64,000 nt of DNA from Haliotis asinina (Eukaryota): assembly GCF_037392515.1 (NCBI RefSeq), contig NC_090294.1:14283038-14347037 (forward strand). Reading direction: 5' to 3'. Below, piece by piece: positions 61,621 to 64,000 of this stretch; the first letter of the stretch is position 1; the number at the start of each line of letters is the position of its first letter. The notes beneath the pieces were generated by a model. It was not told the DNA's origin and searched no databases. It saw only the letters and a list, made by a program, of their open reading frames with translations. The translations under genes and the position numbers were made by a program.

Positions 61621-64000
61621 AGAGAAATGGTACTGGGCAAAGTGCAAGACCCTTTCGACAGTGTATAAATAAAAGTCAATAGTATTGTCGGAATATGTTT
61701 CATACTGCATGTGTCATCGGTGCCCCTGCCTTATTCATGGTTACCATCACGCGGACTCGAAGGGTGAGACCCGCTGACTGCGTGAAACAATAACGCTATG
61801 GCACAAGCAATTGTATCAGACATCGGTGTCTTCACTAACCCCCTTAAAGGCCTAACCTTACTCAGAAAACTTTTGAACAGTTGCACGATGCTCTTTGAAA
61901 CTACCAACCTTTCGATAGAAGCTAACACGTATGAAGCTTACATGCAAAGCTAATTACTTGAGTGCCATTAACACTGTTGAAACATGCCACTCCCTTATTT
62001 CAAAGTCGTATTGTGAAAATTAATGTCTTCGTTTAGCCCCCTTTCCGAAATTGTCATTTTTTTCCTAGACGAATCAGATAAAATAATTAATAAAACGAAT
62101 AGCAGAAATTATTACATTCTTTATCCAGAAAACATTGGCATCGTGCTACCAATAAGAAAATAATTAAATGCTACACCTGAACAAACCTGTTTCCTTTCTA
62201 CCTAACATTCCCAATCAATATTTGATCACTATGTACATGCAAAGGTTAGAAAGACACCAATCAGTAAGTTCACGAAAGTTAATCAAAACAACTCAGTTTT
62301 GCCAGCTGAAATTTGGTTAATCACACAGCGTTGACAATAACAATTGAAGGCTAAGATTGCAATGTTTTATGTCAAACTGATTAACGTCGGAAGAAATACT
62401 AGGCCTCACAAAGGTTTCATTTTATTCGAATCGATACTTCTCTACACAATGAACGAAGCTAAACCTCTCTAGGAAAGTAGAGGCTCCAGGAAAGTAGAAA
62501 AAGCCTGTCGCCATGGAGGCGAGCATTGAGTTTAAACATTTAAACAGCTGACTGACTTCACACTCTGTGGAACACCTTCAGGTTATTCACGTTAACAACA
62601 TCTCAATCGCTAATGTAGTCACATAACGACTGTCTGTTTTCTAACGAATGCTGTTGATGCTCTCTCTACTGGTGTCGTCATTAGTTGAGACTCGCGAACA
62701 CGTTCTGTGATAGAGAGGACCTTGATAAATGTGTGCGTCAGTCTGGCCAAATATTCACAACAAAAGATGCCTGTTACCATGGGAACAATGTACACGCTCG
62801 TGCTATGTTCATATTTGAAAGTTTAAGACATGCATCTGAACTACGATGCAATTCCAAATTGACGGAAGAGTTAAAGCGTGAGCTCCAGTAGGCAAGCACA
62901 ATGACCCATCTGTCACTGCCAGAACAGTTTCTCCTAGAGAGATGGTTCCATCACCAAACGTAACAAAAGAAGCTTCCGTCTTTGGTCTACTTTTATTTAC
63001 CAACTTCTCCATCTTTGTCAGAGAGCACCCCAAGCACCTCACTGTGGTTGCACCTACTCCATCAATCATACGCGTTTGCATCACATGGGTATGTAGTAAG
63101 ACTGAGTCTTTCGTTTGCTAACATCTAATAAAAAAGAAATGTTTTCATAATTACCCTGTTCAAGTCGTTTGAGGAAACATTTTCATCTGTCTTGTTTATC
63201 AACGCTTTCAAAATCCCATTAACTTTAAAGTAGATGCGTCCTCCATAATTACTCTAAGCCAATAATTTCATCATCCTTTTACGTATTTGAATGTGGATGT
63301 CAATCTTAATCAGCGCCTTTTAAAAATCCTTGTCTGTTTCGAAAAGGTAATGGCACTTATACACGACTCACTTACAGAAATGAACCGTTATCTGATCTAT
63401 AATGGTTTTATGTCCGCTGTGGAAATGTCAAAAGATTAAAATACGGCGTGAGAGCAATTTTTTTAAACAATCGAAAATGTATTCAGTGAAATATGATTCA
63501 TAAATATCGGTTTTTAAACAAAAAAATAATTTCATTCTCTATATGTCATCTGATAGGAAATAAGCATTGAACAATTGTTAATATCCTAGTTCAGCCTTGA
63601 AATCATCCTTCACAGAATTTATTTCATTGTATTTTTTGTTCACGGTATTTAAATTGGTGTTTTCCATCTGTATTGAATCAAATGAAAATGACTGACTGTC
63701 TTGACTGTTATCTGCCGCTGACATTCTGAGATAAGTGTGCCTAGGTAACTGAAGGTTATGTTTGTCGCGGTGAGCAACTTTTGAGAGAAAGCAGATACAT
63801 CCATAGGAAAACCAGTCTACAGAGTTGGTTAATGTCATTATACACTTTGCATCGAGAGCTCGCCAGAAGCATCACAAGGGGTATTCAATTAATGTCTGTT
63901 CAAAAATTCAGATTTTACGATTGCCTCAAACATATCCAATTCCGCACTTTTCGACGCGTGTGGAAAAAGAAGCATTTGTTGATTACAACTGGTAATGTGA

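Noticed and set aside
62685-63084. Overlapping plus- and minus-strand ORFs of 68 and 91 aa near a Tc1-like remnant
   Set aside because: I see no motif, and the two frames overlap. This is likely noise or an unrecognisable degraded TE.
1-64000. Prokaryotic-style features (operons, CRISPR arrays, defence islands) suggested by the task framing and by the ORF track using bacterial start codons
   Set aside because: There are no long ORFs, and there is no coding density. The sequence has eukaryotic transposons (mariner and Tc1 with TA duplication), SINEs, microsatellites and CpG depletion. The regular arrays, such as the 22-bp repeat at 45701-45833, have no unique spacers. This is eukaryotic non-coding DNA.

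Overview
This window reads as nuclear DNA from a eukaryote, most likely an invertebrate metazoan (mollusc-like), not a prokaryote. It is AT-rich and CpG-poor. The longest ATG/GTG-initiated ORF is 205 aa and belongs to a transposase, and the six-frame track is otherwise noise: several tracked ORFs start at GTG (e.g. 61401..61613, whose first codon is GTG), so it was built with bacterial start codons. I found no convincing host protein-coding exon, no rRNA or functional tRNA gene, and no CRISPR or operon structure.

The window is dominated by mobile and repeated DNA:
- one nearly intact but frameshifted mariner-like element at 54754-56073, with 30-bp inverted terminal repeats and a TA target-site duplication;
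- two degenerate Tc1-like transposase remnants, at about 22.9-23.4 kb on the + strand and about 61.1-61.6 kb on the - strand;
- a modular SINE-like family with at least nine copies or fragments, carrying a tRNA-like head, a conserved core and a (CACT)n tail;
- a recent perfect tandem duplication of a 2356-bp unit (23194-25549 and 25550-27905, about 99.7% identical);
- two layers of ancient, strongly diverged tandem segmental duplication that keep their order of repeat blocks: a ~9-kb unit present three times between 33 and 59 kb, and a ~6-kb unit present twice between 3.6 and 12.2 kb;
- several minisatellites, many microsatellites and several long hairpins.

Two other things stand out. The CRE palindrome TGACGTCA occurs 10 times against roughly 1 expected by chance. 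A locally CpG-rich ~600-bp block at about 29.85-30.45 kb is bracketed by two ATGACGTCAT sites and is a candidate promoter. I did not find a new defence system or other novel functional system here.

Coordinates for diverged repeats are approximate (tens of bp).
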